Positions 16,568 to 30,111 of a stretch of DNA of 64,000 bases are shown here, in pieces (positions within the stretch are counted from its first letter, which is position 1; every line of letters starts with the position of its first letter). The stretch is from positions 14,012,001-14,076,000 of the forward strand of contig OX597829.1 of the NCBI GenBank assembly GCA_951406725.2, given 5' to 3'. The notes beneath the pieces were generated by a model. It made no database searches. It had not been told where the DNA came from and saw only the letters and a program-made list of their open reading frames with translations. This stretch comes from Octopus vulgaris (Eukaryota). The position numbers were made by a program, and so were the translations under genes.

Positions 16568-16975
16568 GGCGCAGCAGTGGTTGTGTGGTAAGTAGCTTGC
16601 TAACCAACCACATGGTTCCGGGTTCAGTCCCACTGCGTGGCATCTTGGGGAAGTGTCTTCTGCAATAGCCCCGGGCCAACCAATGCCTTCTGAGTGGATT
16701 TGGTAGACGGAAACTGAAAGAAGCCTGTCGTATATATGTATATATATGTGTATGTGTGTGTATATTTTTGTGTGTCTGTGTTTGTCCCCCTAGCATTGCT
16801 TGATAACCGATACGGGTGTGTTTACGTCCCCGTCACTTAGCGGTTCGGCAAAAGAGACCGATAGAATATGTACTGGGTTTACAAAGAATAAGTCCGGGGT
16901 CGATTTGATCGACTAAAAGCGGTGCTCCAGCATGGCTGCAGTCAAATGAGTGAAACAAGTAAAAGAGTAAAAGAG
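16568..16975 (+). mobile_element. SINE family 1, full length
   Basis: tRNA-like head with B-box ggttcagtccc, internal (TA)(TG), tail gtaaaagagtaaaagag. Confidence 0.93.
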
Positions 16976-17110
16976 TATATATGTATAACTATATATATGT
17001 ATATATTCATATATGTATATATGTATAACTATAAATATATGTACGTATATTTATATATATGTGTGTGTGTGTGTATGTATGTATGTATCTATCGATTTAT
17101 ATGTAGATAC

Positions 17111-17159
<49 letters not shown>

Positions 17160-17162
<3 letters not shown>

Positions 17163-17335
17163 TTTATAGAAGGAGTTTACAGGACTAGAACTGTTTCATT
17201 CAAAAGAAATCTTCTTTTGAATGAAACAGTTCTAGTCCTGTAGAAGCTCCTTCTATAAAATAAATTAATTTACTCTGCTATGTATTGAGTACCTTATTTA
17301 CTGTGGTTAACCCCGACTCAACCCGGGACCTACAT
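17160..17335 (+). mobile_element. Short fold-back copy of the hammerhead element family also at 53770-55038
   Basis: Hairpin 17160-17262; 17213-17335 is the reverse complement of 53770-53890. Confidence 0.88.
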
Positions 17336-17374
17336 ATATATATATATATGCATAGATATACATATATACATGTA

Positions 17375-17417
<43 letters not shown>

Positions 17418-17419
<2 letters not shown>

Positions 17420-17776
17420 TTTACTCTTTTACTCTTTTACTTGTTTCAGTCATTTGATTGTGGCCATGCTGGAGCAGCGCCTTTAGTCGAGCAAATCGAC
17501 CCCGGGACTTATTCTTTGTAAGCCCAGTACTTATTCTATCGGACTCTTTTGCCGAACCGCTAAGTGACGGGGACATAAACACACCAGCATCGGTTGTCAA
17601 ACAATGGTAGGGTGGACAAATAAAGATACACAATCACACACATACATATATATATACATATATACGACAGGCTTCTTTCTGTTTCCATCTACCAAATCCA
17701 CTCACAATGCATTGGTCGGCCTGGGGCTATAGTAGAAGACACTTGCCCAAGGTGCCACGCCGTGGGACTGAACCCA
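17418..17776 (-). mobile_element. SINE family 1, 5'-truncated
   Basis: Family sequence. Confidence 0.9.
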
Positions 17777-18049
17777 CATTTATATATGTACTTGGACAAA
17801 TCGATCTAAGTACTTATTTTTAAAGTTTGATAGTTACTCACATACACAGACGCAGGTGTGTGTGTGTGTGCGTGTGTGTGTGTGTGTTCACAATTATACA
17901 TATACGGCGCAGCCTAGCACGTACTTTTCGTCGACCAAATTTTATTTAAGTATATTATTAGCATTATCCTGCGTTTTAGAATAAAATTATTTCCAATAAC
18001 GTCGAGTCGAGGTTATTGTAGAACACATTTCCTCCCGGTGCCTACAGTG

Positions 18050-18215
18050 AGACTGTCTGGGGAGACTAATTTTCTTTTTGTGCCTTATACCTTAACACAC
18101 TCACCGGTAATATTTTCACTTATTTCATATTTTTATTTTCCTAAAATTTTCATTGCGTCTTGTGACCTTTTCAATAGACTTGCGAGTCAAGACTATTGAA
18201 AAGGTTGCAAGACCA
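18050..18215 (-). mobile_element. Short repeat with U3-A8 hammerhead-like motif (18141-18177) and partial fold-back; same family as 56693-56860 (+) and 5720-5845 (+)
   Basis: Minus: CUA UUGAAAA GGUCAC AAGAC GCAAU GAAAAUUU UAG; inverted partial copy 18191-18213. Confidence 0.65.
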
Positions 18216-18279
18216 CACAGCCTATATGTATATATATATATATACATATACATATGCATACATATATATATGCATATGC

Positions 18280-18389
<110 letters not shown>

Positions 18390-18687
18390 TTATACATATA
18401 TATATTTATTTATTTACACATATAAATACATATATATATATGCACACACAGAAATATATATGGACACGTATACACATATATAGATATAAATAAATGCGTA
18501 TATTTGTGTATACATCTATACTATATCTAGGAGTCAATTTCATTTGAAATGGGAAAGTTTTAACCACAATGAAAGCATTGTTCCCCTCGTCACACACAGG
18601 CATCCACAAAGATTCGTGGACGCTAACTTACGAACCTTTTAATAAACTTTAGCATAGAATTGGGTCGGTCTAATATTTTGGTGTTAT

Positions 18688-18738
<51 letters not shown>

Positions 18739-18769
18739 TGTGTGTGTGTGTGTATAATATATATACATA

Positions 18770-19155
18770 GGCGCAGGTGTGGCTGTGTGGTAAGTTGCTT
18801 CCTTACCAACCACATGGTTCCGGGTTCAGTCACACTGCGTGGCATCTTGGGCAAGTGTCTTCTGCTATAGCCCCGAGACTTGTGAGTGGATTTGGTAGAC
18901 GGAAACTGAAAGAAGCCTGTCGTATATATGTATATGTATATATATATGTATGTGTGAGTATATGTTTGTGTGTCTGTGTTTGTCCCCCTAGCATTGCTGG
19001 TGTGTTTATGTCCCCGTCACTTAGCGGTTCGGCAAAAAGAGACCGATACAATAAGTACTGGGCTTACAAAGAATAAGTCCCGGGGTCGAGTTGCTCGATT
19101 AAAGGCGGTACTCCAGCATGGCCGCAGTCACATGACTGAAACAAGTAAAAGAGAG
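18770..19155 (+). mobile_element. SINE family 1
   Basis: Family sequence. Confidence 0.92.
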
Positions 19156-19164
19156 ATATATATG

Positions 19165-19258
<94 letters not shown>

Positions 19259-19523
19259 ATATATATATATATATATGTATGTATATATGAATAAATGAAA
19301 AGAGTAAAAGAGTTTTGTTAACATCTTCGTTCGACTCCATTCTTTCATTTATTCATTTATTCATATACAACACACAAATTTCTACATGAGAACCCGGAGT
19401 TTCTACCCTTGACAGGTCGCTTCAACCGTGTTTTCTGACGGGAATTTGCTACCCAGGTTTCGGTTAAACGAATTTTCCATGCTGACGATAAACATAGGAT
19501 AATTCATTCGCCTACTTAATATG

Positions 19524-19554
<31 letters not shown>

Positions 19555-19678
19555 TGGTGCTATTAAGTTAGACATGGCCTGGACCAATCTCTGGTCGAAA
19601 CATATCTAAGTTTTATATATATACATGTATATATGTGCATAGAGAGATAGATAGATACATACAGACATACATGTATGT

Positions 19679-19717
<39 letters not shown>

Positions 19718-20152
19718 CGATATGCACCTTGCGTGTGTTTGTGTGCACGCGTTGTTTGTGTGTGTCTGCATGATTTTGCCTCCAATAATTAGTTAAGATT
19801 GAAAGAAATTATTCTTCTATGCACGTCGTAAATAATAGAAAAACAATTTTATTTGTTTTGTTGTTATTAATTTTTCACTATAATCGTATTCGTTTACAAT
19901 CCGTCTGCTTCTATACTTGTATCTTATGCACAGCCTAGATGTTTCTAATTTCCATTTTCCATTTTAAATCTAATTTTTTTTTATAATCCGCAACAACTAT
20001 CTTCTATCTATTAGCATTCCCTCAACCAGAAGAGTTGTATGAAAATCATTCTATATAAAAGGGTTCGCTGTTAAATCTATATTAACCAAAATATTGTTCT
20101 CCCATAAAAATCGTTTACAATGAAGATTTACAATGTCATGCTGATAAATGAA

Positions 20153-20200
<48 letters not shown>

Positions 20201-20246
20201 GTTATTATTATTATTATTCAGATTAGTTTTATTTTTATTTTTATAG

Positions 20247-20318
<72 letters not shown>

Positions 20319-20355
20319 GTTATTGTTATTATTATTATTATTATTATTATTGTTA

Positions 20356-20455
<100 letters not shown>

Positions 20456-20913
20456 CATTATAAGAAAGGAGGTGAGCTGCCAGAAACTTTAATACGACGA
20501 ACAAAATGCTTAGCGACATTTCGTCCGTCCTTACAATCTGAGTTCAAATTCCGCCGGGGTCAACTGTTCCCTTCATCCTTCGGCGTCAAGTACTGGGATC
20601 GATGTGATCGACTTACCTCCGCTCCCAAAATTTAAGGGCCTTCATTATAATTATAATTATATGTCGGCGTGCTGGCAGAATCGTTAGCTCGCCGGACGAA
20701 ATGTTTAGTGGTATTTCGTCTGCCGCTACGTTCCGAGTTCAAATTCCGCGGGATCCACCTTCCCTTGCATCCTTTCCGGTCGATAAATTAAGTACCAGTG
20801 AAACATTCGCGTTGATGTAGTCGACTAATCCTCTCCACCCAAATTTCAGGTCTTGTGCCTTTAATAGAAAGGATTATTATTACTAGTACCGCTACTACTG
20901 CTACTACAACTAG

Positions 20914-20960
<47 letters not shown>

Positions 20961-21085
20961 TCGTTGTTGCTAAAATTATATATATATTTATATATATATA
21001 ATATATATACACACACATAAAAATATATATACATGTATATATATAACGTGTGTATATTAACATATGTTTATACATATACACACAC

Positions 21086-21126
<41 letters not shown>

Positions 21127-21371
21127 CTTCCGTGTGCGCGCGCACACACGTACACAGACACACATACATACACACATACCTATACTACAAAATGAATAGA
21201 AATGGCTTTCTGATAAATTTTGCACTTTAGTAATTAGAAATCCCAATTAGAAACCCCAAACAATTTATAAACATCTAATTATTAAAGTGAGAAAATTGTT
21301 AGAAAAGTCATTTCCATTCATTTTTCAACCATACATATTATATATTATGGAGGACTTTCTATTTCTTACTC

Positions 21372-21424
<53 letters not shown>

Positions 21425-21509
21425 TGTGTGTGAGTGGCTGGGTGGGTCTGTGTGATGTATGCATGTACGTATAATTATAAATAAATCTATATAAAATACA
21501 TATCATATA

Positions 21510-21566
<57 letters not shown>

Positions 21567-21775
21567 CTTTTACTCTTTTTCTTGTTTCAGTTAGTTGACT
21601 GCGGCCATACTGGAGTACCGCCTTTAGTCGAGCAAATCGACCCCAGGATTTATTCTTTTTAAGCCTAGTACTTATTCTATCGATCTCTTTTGCCGAACCG
21701 CTAAGTTATGGGGACGTAAATACACCATCATCGGTTGTCAAGCGATGCCGGGGGGACAAACACAGACACACAAAC

Positions 21776-21834
<59 letters not shown>

Positions 21835-21987
21835 TACGACGGGCGTCTTTCAGTTTCCGTCTGCCAAATCCACTCACAAGGCTTTGGTCGGCCCGAGGCT
21901 ATATTAGAAGACACTGACCCAAGGTGCCACGCAGTAGGAATGAACTCGAAACCATGTGGTTGGTAAGCAAACTACTTACCACACAGC
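21567..21987 (-). mobile_element. SINE family 1
   Basis: Family sequence. Confidence 0.92.
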
Positions 21988-22228
21988 GTATAAATTGAGG
22001 ATATAATCAAGAAAATGATAAACAAGTGGCCAGCGTATAAAAACCACCATATCGGTAAAATTAATATTTAAGTATATAATTGAAAATATACAGAGATGTA
22101 CTTGCATAGTAAGTGACCTGATCTGAGATCGTGTGGTGGAATGAAAACAATTGCAGCGTGGAAGGTGTTTATAAGCCATTTAAGAAACACACGAAAACCG
22201 TTAGATTCACTTGAGCATTTAAATTTAA

Positions 22229-22279
22229 TTTGTCAAAATATTTTCGTCGCTTTGAGACCGCGACCTGTTCACTGACAAA
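22229..22279 (-). ncRNA. Minimal hammerhead ribozyme, G3-C8 core variant
   Basis: Minus: UUUGUCA GUGAACA G GUCGC GGUCUCAAA GCGAC GAAA AUAU UU UGACAAA; second copy 56322-56375 (+); flanked by inverted duplication 22148-22192 / 22298-22342. Confidence 0.8.
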
Positions 22280-22575
22280 AATATCGTGCTAAATATCGTG
22301 TGTTTCTTAAATGGCTTATAAACACCTTCCACGATGCAATTGAAAATGTACAATTATAATTAAGGGCGCTGGAGGGACAACGCCAATACGCTAGAAGCAC
22401 GTGTCAAATTTCTTCAAACCTCTCTAAATTTGTTCTCCGTTTTGTGCAAGACAGAATACCTTATATATATACATGCAAATTTGTGCTTCCCCTTTGCCGA
22501 TGCGCATAGTTCGGAGGGCGTGGGCACGCAATAACAGGTCGTCAAACGATGGTTGGAGGGGGGAGACACACAAAT

Positions 22576-22606
<31 letters not shown>

Positions 22607-22610
22607 TATG

Positions 22611-22655
<45 letters not shown>

Positions 22656-22739
22656 ATGTATGCATGTATGTATGTATGTATGTGTTGTATATATGTGCGT
22701 ATGGGTGTGTGTGTATAATATATATATGTATATATATGA

Positions 22740-23250
22740 GTGATATCAGAATTCCATAGCAGCTTCTCCTTGGCCAATTCCCAACAGGAGGGGCAATTGA
22801 AAAGTTACTCTTGACCGTCAAAGTCAAGCTAAAAGACAATCTGAAGCGATGCAACGTTCCGTTTTCTTCCTCTAAAAACAAAGCCTAAGAACGCTGTATC
22901 TGGCACCAGTCTTGCTTAATCTCATTTCAAAGATTTGAGTATAGTCGACTCTAATATGGTGACCGACTTTGTGCAAGTATGAAGGCACACTGGCAAAATA
23001 CTGCTGAACTAAATGGAAACCTTACCTGTCATTGTGTTTTATGGAACGAAGCAATGAAGGCCTTGCCGTCCACACAAGAAAACACATAGTAAATGATACA
23101 CAGGCACTCAAAAAAATTTCAACTCTTTCCATTTGCCAAAAGGTTTGCAAGGCACTAGCAGGCCTTAAGAGAAACATTCGCGTCCATAGAATATGATTAA
23201 CGCTTTATATTACTGAAGCCTTATTTGTCGTTCACAAGCGAATCAATCAT
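22740..23250 (+). mobile_element. Decayed 3' fragment of an RTE-clade LINE with terminal C2H2-like finger
   Basis: IRIP*QLLLGQFPTG...KLKDNLKRCNV and SICQKVCKALAGLKRNIRVH. Confidence 0.6.
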
Positions 23251-23541
23251 ACATGTGTGTGTGTATGTGTGTGTGTGCGCGTGCGTGCGTGCGTGCGTGT
23301 GTGTGTGTATTTACGACAGGCTTTTTTCGATTTCCGCCCACCCACAGGGCGTTAGTAGAAGGCAATTACGCAAGGTGCTGCACAGTGCGATTGGATCCTA
23401 GACCATGTGGTTGAGAAGCAAACCTCTTAGCAACATATATATGTAAATATATATATGCAGATATACGTATCTGTAGGTACATATAAATTTACATACATAC
23501 TTACATACATGCATAAATACATACATACATACATACATACA

Positions 23542-23571
<30 letters not shown>

Positions 23572-23572
<1 letters not shown>

Positions 23573-24472
23573 TATTATGGCTGCCCCCTCGTTATCGAGT
23601 ATGGCCATTGCACGAAGCTTAACTGTTACTGGTGCTGTGATCGAATGTGACTTTTTAGCCCAGCTAAAGATCTACAATGTCTTGTACAGAATTGGCAACT
23701 AAAACCTTTACTGGTAATAGCCGGTTATAGTTGTAACTGGGCTTCATGTACCTTTGCATGTCGTTTAAGTCCTCCTGCCGAATTACACTCTCTTCCACAT
23801 GCCCGACAGATATGATTAGTATAGTGTGTTACACCACCAACAGTGGCCAGGTTGTCACTCATCTGTCTCGTTTTATGACTACGAAGATGACTCATGAGTC
23901 CAGCTTTACTGAGGCAGGCTATTGCACAGACATTGCATGTCAGAATCAAAGGAAGACCCTTCCCTTCTGGAAGTGTAACAGCGATGCCCTTCCTCACATC
24001 CCTCCTTACTTTCTCATGTGCAACTCGAGATTTCTCAAACGTGGCTGTCCCCTCATGCACAATCCTTCACCACCTGCTACGATCAATAGCTATGCTTTCC
24101 TATGGTGTCAGGAGAGATGCAAGCATCTCTTAAGGAAGCCTTCAGCAGGTCCTTATACCTCTTTTTTGGTTTATGTGGAGGTCGTTCTCCCTTAGCTAAC
24201 TCTCCATAAAAGAGTTGTTTTAGCATCCTTGAATCCTTCATTCTGACCAGATGACCACTCCATCTGAGCCTTTGCTTTAACACAAGAGCTTCTATACTTT
24301 CACACCAAGAGCCTTCGAGTATTTCAAGATCACTGATGCGGTCCTTCCACTTAATGCCATAGATCCGTCTGAGGCACATTGATGGAAACGTTCCAGTTGT
24401 TTAAGGTGGTATCGATATGTGAACCACGTCTCGCAGGTATAGAGAAGAGAAGGGAGCACACATGCCTTGTAC
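23572..24472 (-). mobile_element. 5'-truncated RTE-clade LINE with two C-terminal C2H2 zinc fingers
   Basis: YKACVLPSLLYTCETW, CLRRIYGIKWKDRIS, RLRWSGHLVRMKDSRMLKQLFYGEL; CNVC...HLRSH and CRAC...HAKVH; frameshifted. Confidence 0.88.
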
Positions 24473-25129
24473 ATACATACATACATACATACATACATAC
24501 ATACATACATACATACATAGCTAGGCAGATATGTGGATAGGAAGGGTGAGAGAGAGAGAGATGAAGATTTTTTGATAGATAGGTTACTAGGCAGGCGGGT
24601 AGGTAGGTAGGTAGGTAGGTAGGTAGGTAGGTAGGTAGGTAGGTAGGTAGGTAGGTGGGTGTGATATCATTATCTAAGTCATGGTTTCAAATTTTGATAC
24701 ACGGCCAGCAATTTCGAGTGGGGAGATAAGTCTATTACATCGAGCCCAGAGCTCTGGTACTTATTTTATCGACTCCGAAATCTATAGATGGCAAAGTCAA
24801 CCTCGGAATGTAAAGACGGACGAAATGCCGCTAAGCGTTTTGTCTGTCATGCTAACCATTCAGCCAGCTCGCCACCATAATCTTTTCAACTATTTGCACA
24901 AGGACTGAAATTTGTGAGGAGGGGCATAACTAATTACTTCGACTCCAGTGCTTGACTGGTACTTATTTTATCCCGAAAATATAAAAGGTTAAATCCACAC
25001 TTGTAAAAATATATCAAAAATATTTTACAATTCCATAATCCGTTGGGTAGTGAGTATATATGTTCACAATCTGCTCGGAATTCTATTTATGTATACACTT
25101 CTGAGAAGAAACTATATAACTATATAACT

Positions 25130-25546
25130 AGGCGCATGAGTGGCTGTGTGGTAAGTAGCTTGCTAACCAACCACATGGTTCCGGGTTCAGTCCCACTGCG
25201 TGGCATCTTGGGTAAGTGTCTTCTACTATAGCTCCGGGCCGACCAATGTGAGTGGATTTCGTAGACGGAAACTGAAAGAAGCCTGTCGTATATATGTATA
25301 TATATATTTATATATATGTATGTGTGTGTGTGTTTGTGTGTCTGTGTTTGTCCCCCTAGCATTGCTTGACAACCGATGCTGGTGTGTTTATGTCCTCGTC
25401 ACTTAGCGGTTCGGCAAAAGAGTACGATAGAATAAGTAGTGGGCTTACAAAAAGAATAAGCCCCGGGGTGGAATTGCTCGATTAAAGGCGGTGCTCCAGC
25501 ATGGCCGCAGTCAAATGACTGAAACAAGTAAAAGAGTAAAAGAGTA
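25130..25546 (+). mobile_element. SINE family 1, full length
   Basis: Family sequence. Confidence 0.93.
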
Positions 25547-25879
25547 ACTATGTGTATAATAAACCATTTTTACGAAAGATTTAAGATGTTTTCGAATTGC
25601 TAAACTAAATTTATGTCTTACTGAACTCTATAACATGAGACTCAATTGTGGAACATACAATGCCAAAAAACTCTTCTGATTAGCTTTCTCTAAAGTATCT
25701 CACGACCAAAATGTAAAAACTCTAAAGTTTAACGCTAAAGTTTAAATAAGTGGTTCATTCATTATTATTAAGAAGATATTCACGATCTGAAAGTGAATCA
25801 GAAACTAGTAATAGTATAGAAAACTTATATATATATAAATGCGTTTTAACATTTGTATGAATGTATTTATGTGTATATA

Positions 25880-27138
25880 CGAGGGGCGTTCAATAAGTAA
25901 TGACCCTGACCCACTTGCAGTTGTTTGATCTAGCTGAAATTTTGCATGTGCACTTACTTGTATCTCTACGGATTAAGTGGTGAATTACAGCTCTGAACTA
26001 ATTGTGGTTTCTGATTTACAGGTGTTTGAACTGAGTCAAGTGTGAAATGGAGCCTGTTGAGTGTCGAGCAGTGATCTGGTTTTTGTATTTGAAAGGACGC
26101 ACACCACGGGAGACTTTTGATGAAAGGAAAGTAACTTATGGTGATGATGCCCCATCATATGACCTTGTAAAACGCTGGCATTGTGAATTCAAACATAGTC
26201 GGAACAGCTGCCAGATCTGGTCGTCCCCTTCTGCCGTTGATGAGATGTCTGTCCGTCAAGTTGAGGCTGCCATTTTGGAAGGTCAACGCATAACTATTCG
26301 CCAAATAGCCCATAAGGTCAAGATTAGTACCGGGTCTGTGGAAACTATCATTCATGACCATTTGCATATGCAAAAGGTGTCTGCCAGATGGATTTCCAGG
26401 TTGCTCACACCTTTCCAGAAGCAAGAACGCGTTGAGTGCTCGAGGATGAATTTGGAGATGTGCCAAGAAGATGAGTCAACATTTTTCAAAAGACTGATCA
26501 CACAGGATGAAACCTGGGTCCATCACTATGATCCATAGACCAAAGCCCAGTCAATGCAGTGAAAGCACCGTGACTCACCTCCTCCAAAGAAGGCAAGGGT
26601 GCAGCCCTCCGCTGACAAGGTTATGCTCACAGTCTTCTGGCACCAGGACGGAGTAGTGATGACAGATTTCCTGGCAAAGGGTACCACAATTACAGGAGCC
26701 TATTATGCTTCACTTTTGAGGAAATTAAGAGAAGCTATCAAAATCAAGAGGCGGGGCAAGATCAGCAAAGGCATCCTCCTCCTGCAGGACAACGCTCCGG
26801 TCCACAACTCGCGTGTCGCCAGATCAGAAGCACAGGCGTGCAGCTATGAACTCCTCCCCTTGCACCCTCTGATTTTCACCTCTTCCCAGCCATGAAGTTG
26901 ATTTTGAAAGGAAAGCGTTTTCCAGATGATGCAGCCTTGATTTCTGAAGTCACGTCGTGGTTGGAGGACCAAGCTGGGGTCTTCTACAAAAGCGGTCTCC
27001 AGAGCTGTATCAAACGATGGGAGAAATGCATAACTCTGGGTAGTTCCTATGTAGGAAAAGACTAATATCTGTGCCAAGTGTCGTTGCTCTACTTCTATGG
27101 GAAGTGGGTCAGGGGCATTACTTATTGAACGCCCCTCG
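25880..27138 (+). mobile_element. Full-length mariner (D,D34D; irritans-like) DNA transposon, 1259 bp, transposase pseudogenised
   Basis: ~37-bp TIRs cgaggggcgttcaataagtaatg(a/c)ccctgacccactt, TA on both sides; ORF from 26047 with WISRLLT, ITQDETWVHHYDP, LLQDNAPVH, LAPSDFHLF; stops at ~26536/26560 and the HPPYSPD segment deleted. Confidence 0.96.
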
Positions 27139-27144
27139 TATATG

Positions 27145-27233
<89 letters not shown>

Positions 27234-27896
27234 ATGTATGTATGTATGTATGTATGTATGTATGTATGTATGTATGTATGTATGTATGTATGTATGTATG
27301 TATGAAAGCAAGTATGTATGTCATTACTCAGTTTTATTTCAAGATTTCTTGCCAATTGAGGTGCCGATTTCTAACTTTGATCCAAGGCTCCTTCACTAGA
27401 ATTTCAACATCAACAGGGTATTTTTTTATATATGTCAGTATATGTGCAGATTTGTGTTTTGTTTTATGTATGTATTCCCATGCATATAGTTGCATTTAGA
27501 CATGCACATATATATACTTAAATGATAAATTCTGGCAAGTTTTACAGATTTTTACAGTTCCAGTGATAGCTTGAATCGGTAATCTTCGAATCAAATGTAT
27601 GTATATGTTTATATAAAGTCCTGGTAGGGTATAAAAGTAAGGTATTTCCAGAGAAGCACTTAATCCGAGTTCTGGGCTATCAACATTTGTCGGATTCCAG
27701 AAAATACTGGCTTCATGGTGGCAAAACCATTATGTGGGTTTAACGAAGAGTAAAAATATAATCCAAATAACAAGAAAAGAAATTCTTTAAGACATCTTTA
27801 ATTATCAGTTATAATTATAACTGATCATTAAAGATGTGTTAAAGAATTTCTTTGTTTTCTTATCGGGAATACACGCAAACACAAACACACACACAA

Positions 27897-27958
<62 letters not shown>

Positions 27959-28978
27959 AGACAGACAGACAGACAGGCAGGCAGACAGACAGAGGCAGAC
28001 AGAGTTAAAGAAAGAGATATACGTATGTACATACATACATACATGCATATATACATACACACATACATACATACATACATACATACACACACACACATAC
28101 ATACATACATACATACATACATTCATACATACATACATACATACATACATACATACATACATACATACATACATACATACATACATACATACATACATAA
28201 TACATACATACATATTATTGACATGGCTGTGTTATTACGAAGCTCGCTTTGCCACCACGAAGTTCCCGCTGCGCGGTACCTTACATAGTTGAATGCGTTG
28301 CAGTGAAGCCCCGGGCCAACCAATGCCATGCGAGTAAATGTAGTAAGACTGAACGCAAAGGGAAGCCAGTCGTATACAATATATCTATCTATTTCAGCTT
28401 GAGTGTCTTTATATATGTACCTCTCACTGCTTGGCAACGGGTGTTGGTTTGTTTCAAAAGCAGATCCGAAGACCAGTTTATTTGACTAAAAGCATTGAAA
28501 GCGGTACTCTATCATAGCCGCGGTCCAGTAACCGAAGCAGTAAAAAATAAAATGTTTTTACATCTAATATAATAAACGAGAAAACTAATTTTGTGTGTCA
28601 GTGTGTCACACTTAGACCTCATCCTTTCACTATTCAATAACCCTCCTACTATCTTTCATGATGGCGTGAGAGTGATAGTAGACATAGAGATGTGAGGGCG
28701 GTGGCGAGGACAGACAGAGAGAGAGAGAGAGAGAGAGAAAGCAAAAGAGAGGGAGAGAAAGAGAGCAAAAGAAATTTAGGGAGAGTTCATGATGTTTTAT
28801 TTAAAGTAGTAGTGTTGCTGGTGGCAGTGGGTGTAATAATAAAAGAGGGAGAAAGAGTGAGCATGTGAGAGAAAGAGGGAGATGATGTATAAATTTGTTT
28901 AACCATGTCTTTTTGACATAAATTCGTGTCGCCAACATACGGAACACTATCATCTTTGTTTTTTTTATTTTTTGCTTT

Positions 28979-29046
<68 letters not shown>

Positions 29047-29130
29047 ACACACACACACGTATACACACACATCTATATATATAAAAAAATACACCTTAAT
29101 TGAAATAAAGTTTCCCCAAAATTAAACACA

Positions 29131-29509
29131 TTTAATATAATAAATGTGGATGTCAGTGTGTCAGTGTGTCACACTTTTGTAACTTTACTCCTAGAGGCCG
29201 TAGCCCAACATATCATACCATTTTGGAATCAGGCTGACCCCGAGAGTAAATTAAACACATTTCAGACCGAATCTAAACCCACAATCCTGAAATATTGGAT
29301 TCCCAAGTTTTTGTTACTGTAATTGTTTTCGGCAATTTTTTTATGTGACATTTTGTGACAAATATGATCATCATTGGGTTATTATGACTCTAGAAGAAGC
29401 AATTTCAACAAATTCTCCAAAACAAGTCAGAGATTTGTTTGCAGATCTTCCCATTTGGGGTCAGTTGCTTAAAAGCCATACACTAACTTAAAAGCCGCCC
29501 TATCGGCTA

Positions 29510-29510
<1 letters not shown>
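29131..29510 (+). mobile_element. Possible non-autonomous Helitron-like element; related 5' fragment at 28563-28615
   Basis: 5' a|tctaatataataaa...gtgtcagtgtgtcacactt shared by both; 3' GC hairpin agccgccctatcggct then ctaa|t. Confidence 0.4.
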
Positions 29511-29589
<79 letters not shown>

Positions 29590-29686
29590 ATATATACATA
29601 GACTGTTTGCTATATATATATGTTTATATACATGTATATGTGTGTGTGTCTATGTATATATATGTGTGTGTGTGTGTGTGTTTGTG

Positions 29687-29739
<53 letters not shown>

Positions 29740-29920
29740 CGTGCGTGTTTATATATATATATGTACATATATATGTATGTGTGGGTGTGCGAGTATCTGA
29801 CGGTAAACGATAATTTTATCCTATATCTATATCATATGTACAAATATATTATATATGTGTGCGTGAGTGTATGTGTGCTTATGTGTGCATATATACATGC
29901 ATACATACATACATACATAC

Positions 29921-29977
<57 letters not shown>

Positions 29978-30075
29978 TATATATATATATATGAATATAT
30001 ATGTATAAGTCTGTCTGTGTCTACGTATGTATGTATTGTAGTCTATGTATTCATGTATGTATGCATGTATCCATA

Positions 30076-30111
<36 letters not shown>

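Noticed and set aside
16568-16640. tRNA-like sequences at SINE heads
   Set aside because: No complete cloverleaf; they continue into SINE bodies, so not tRNA genes
27355-27410. Hammerhead-like GAAA-UCGG on minus strand
   Set aside because: Core box and stems too degenerate to call
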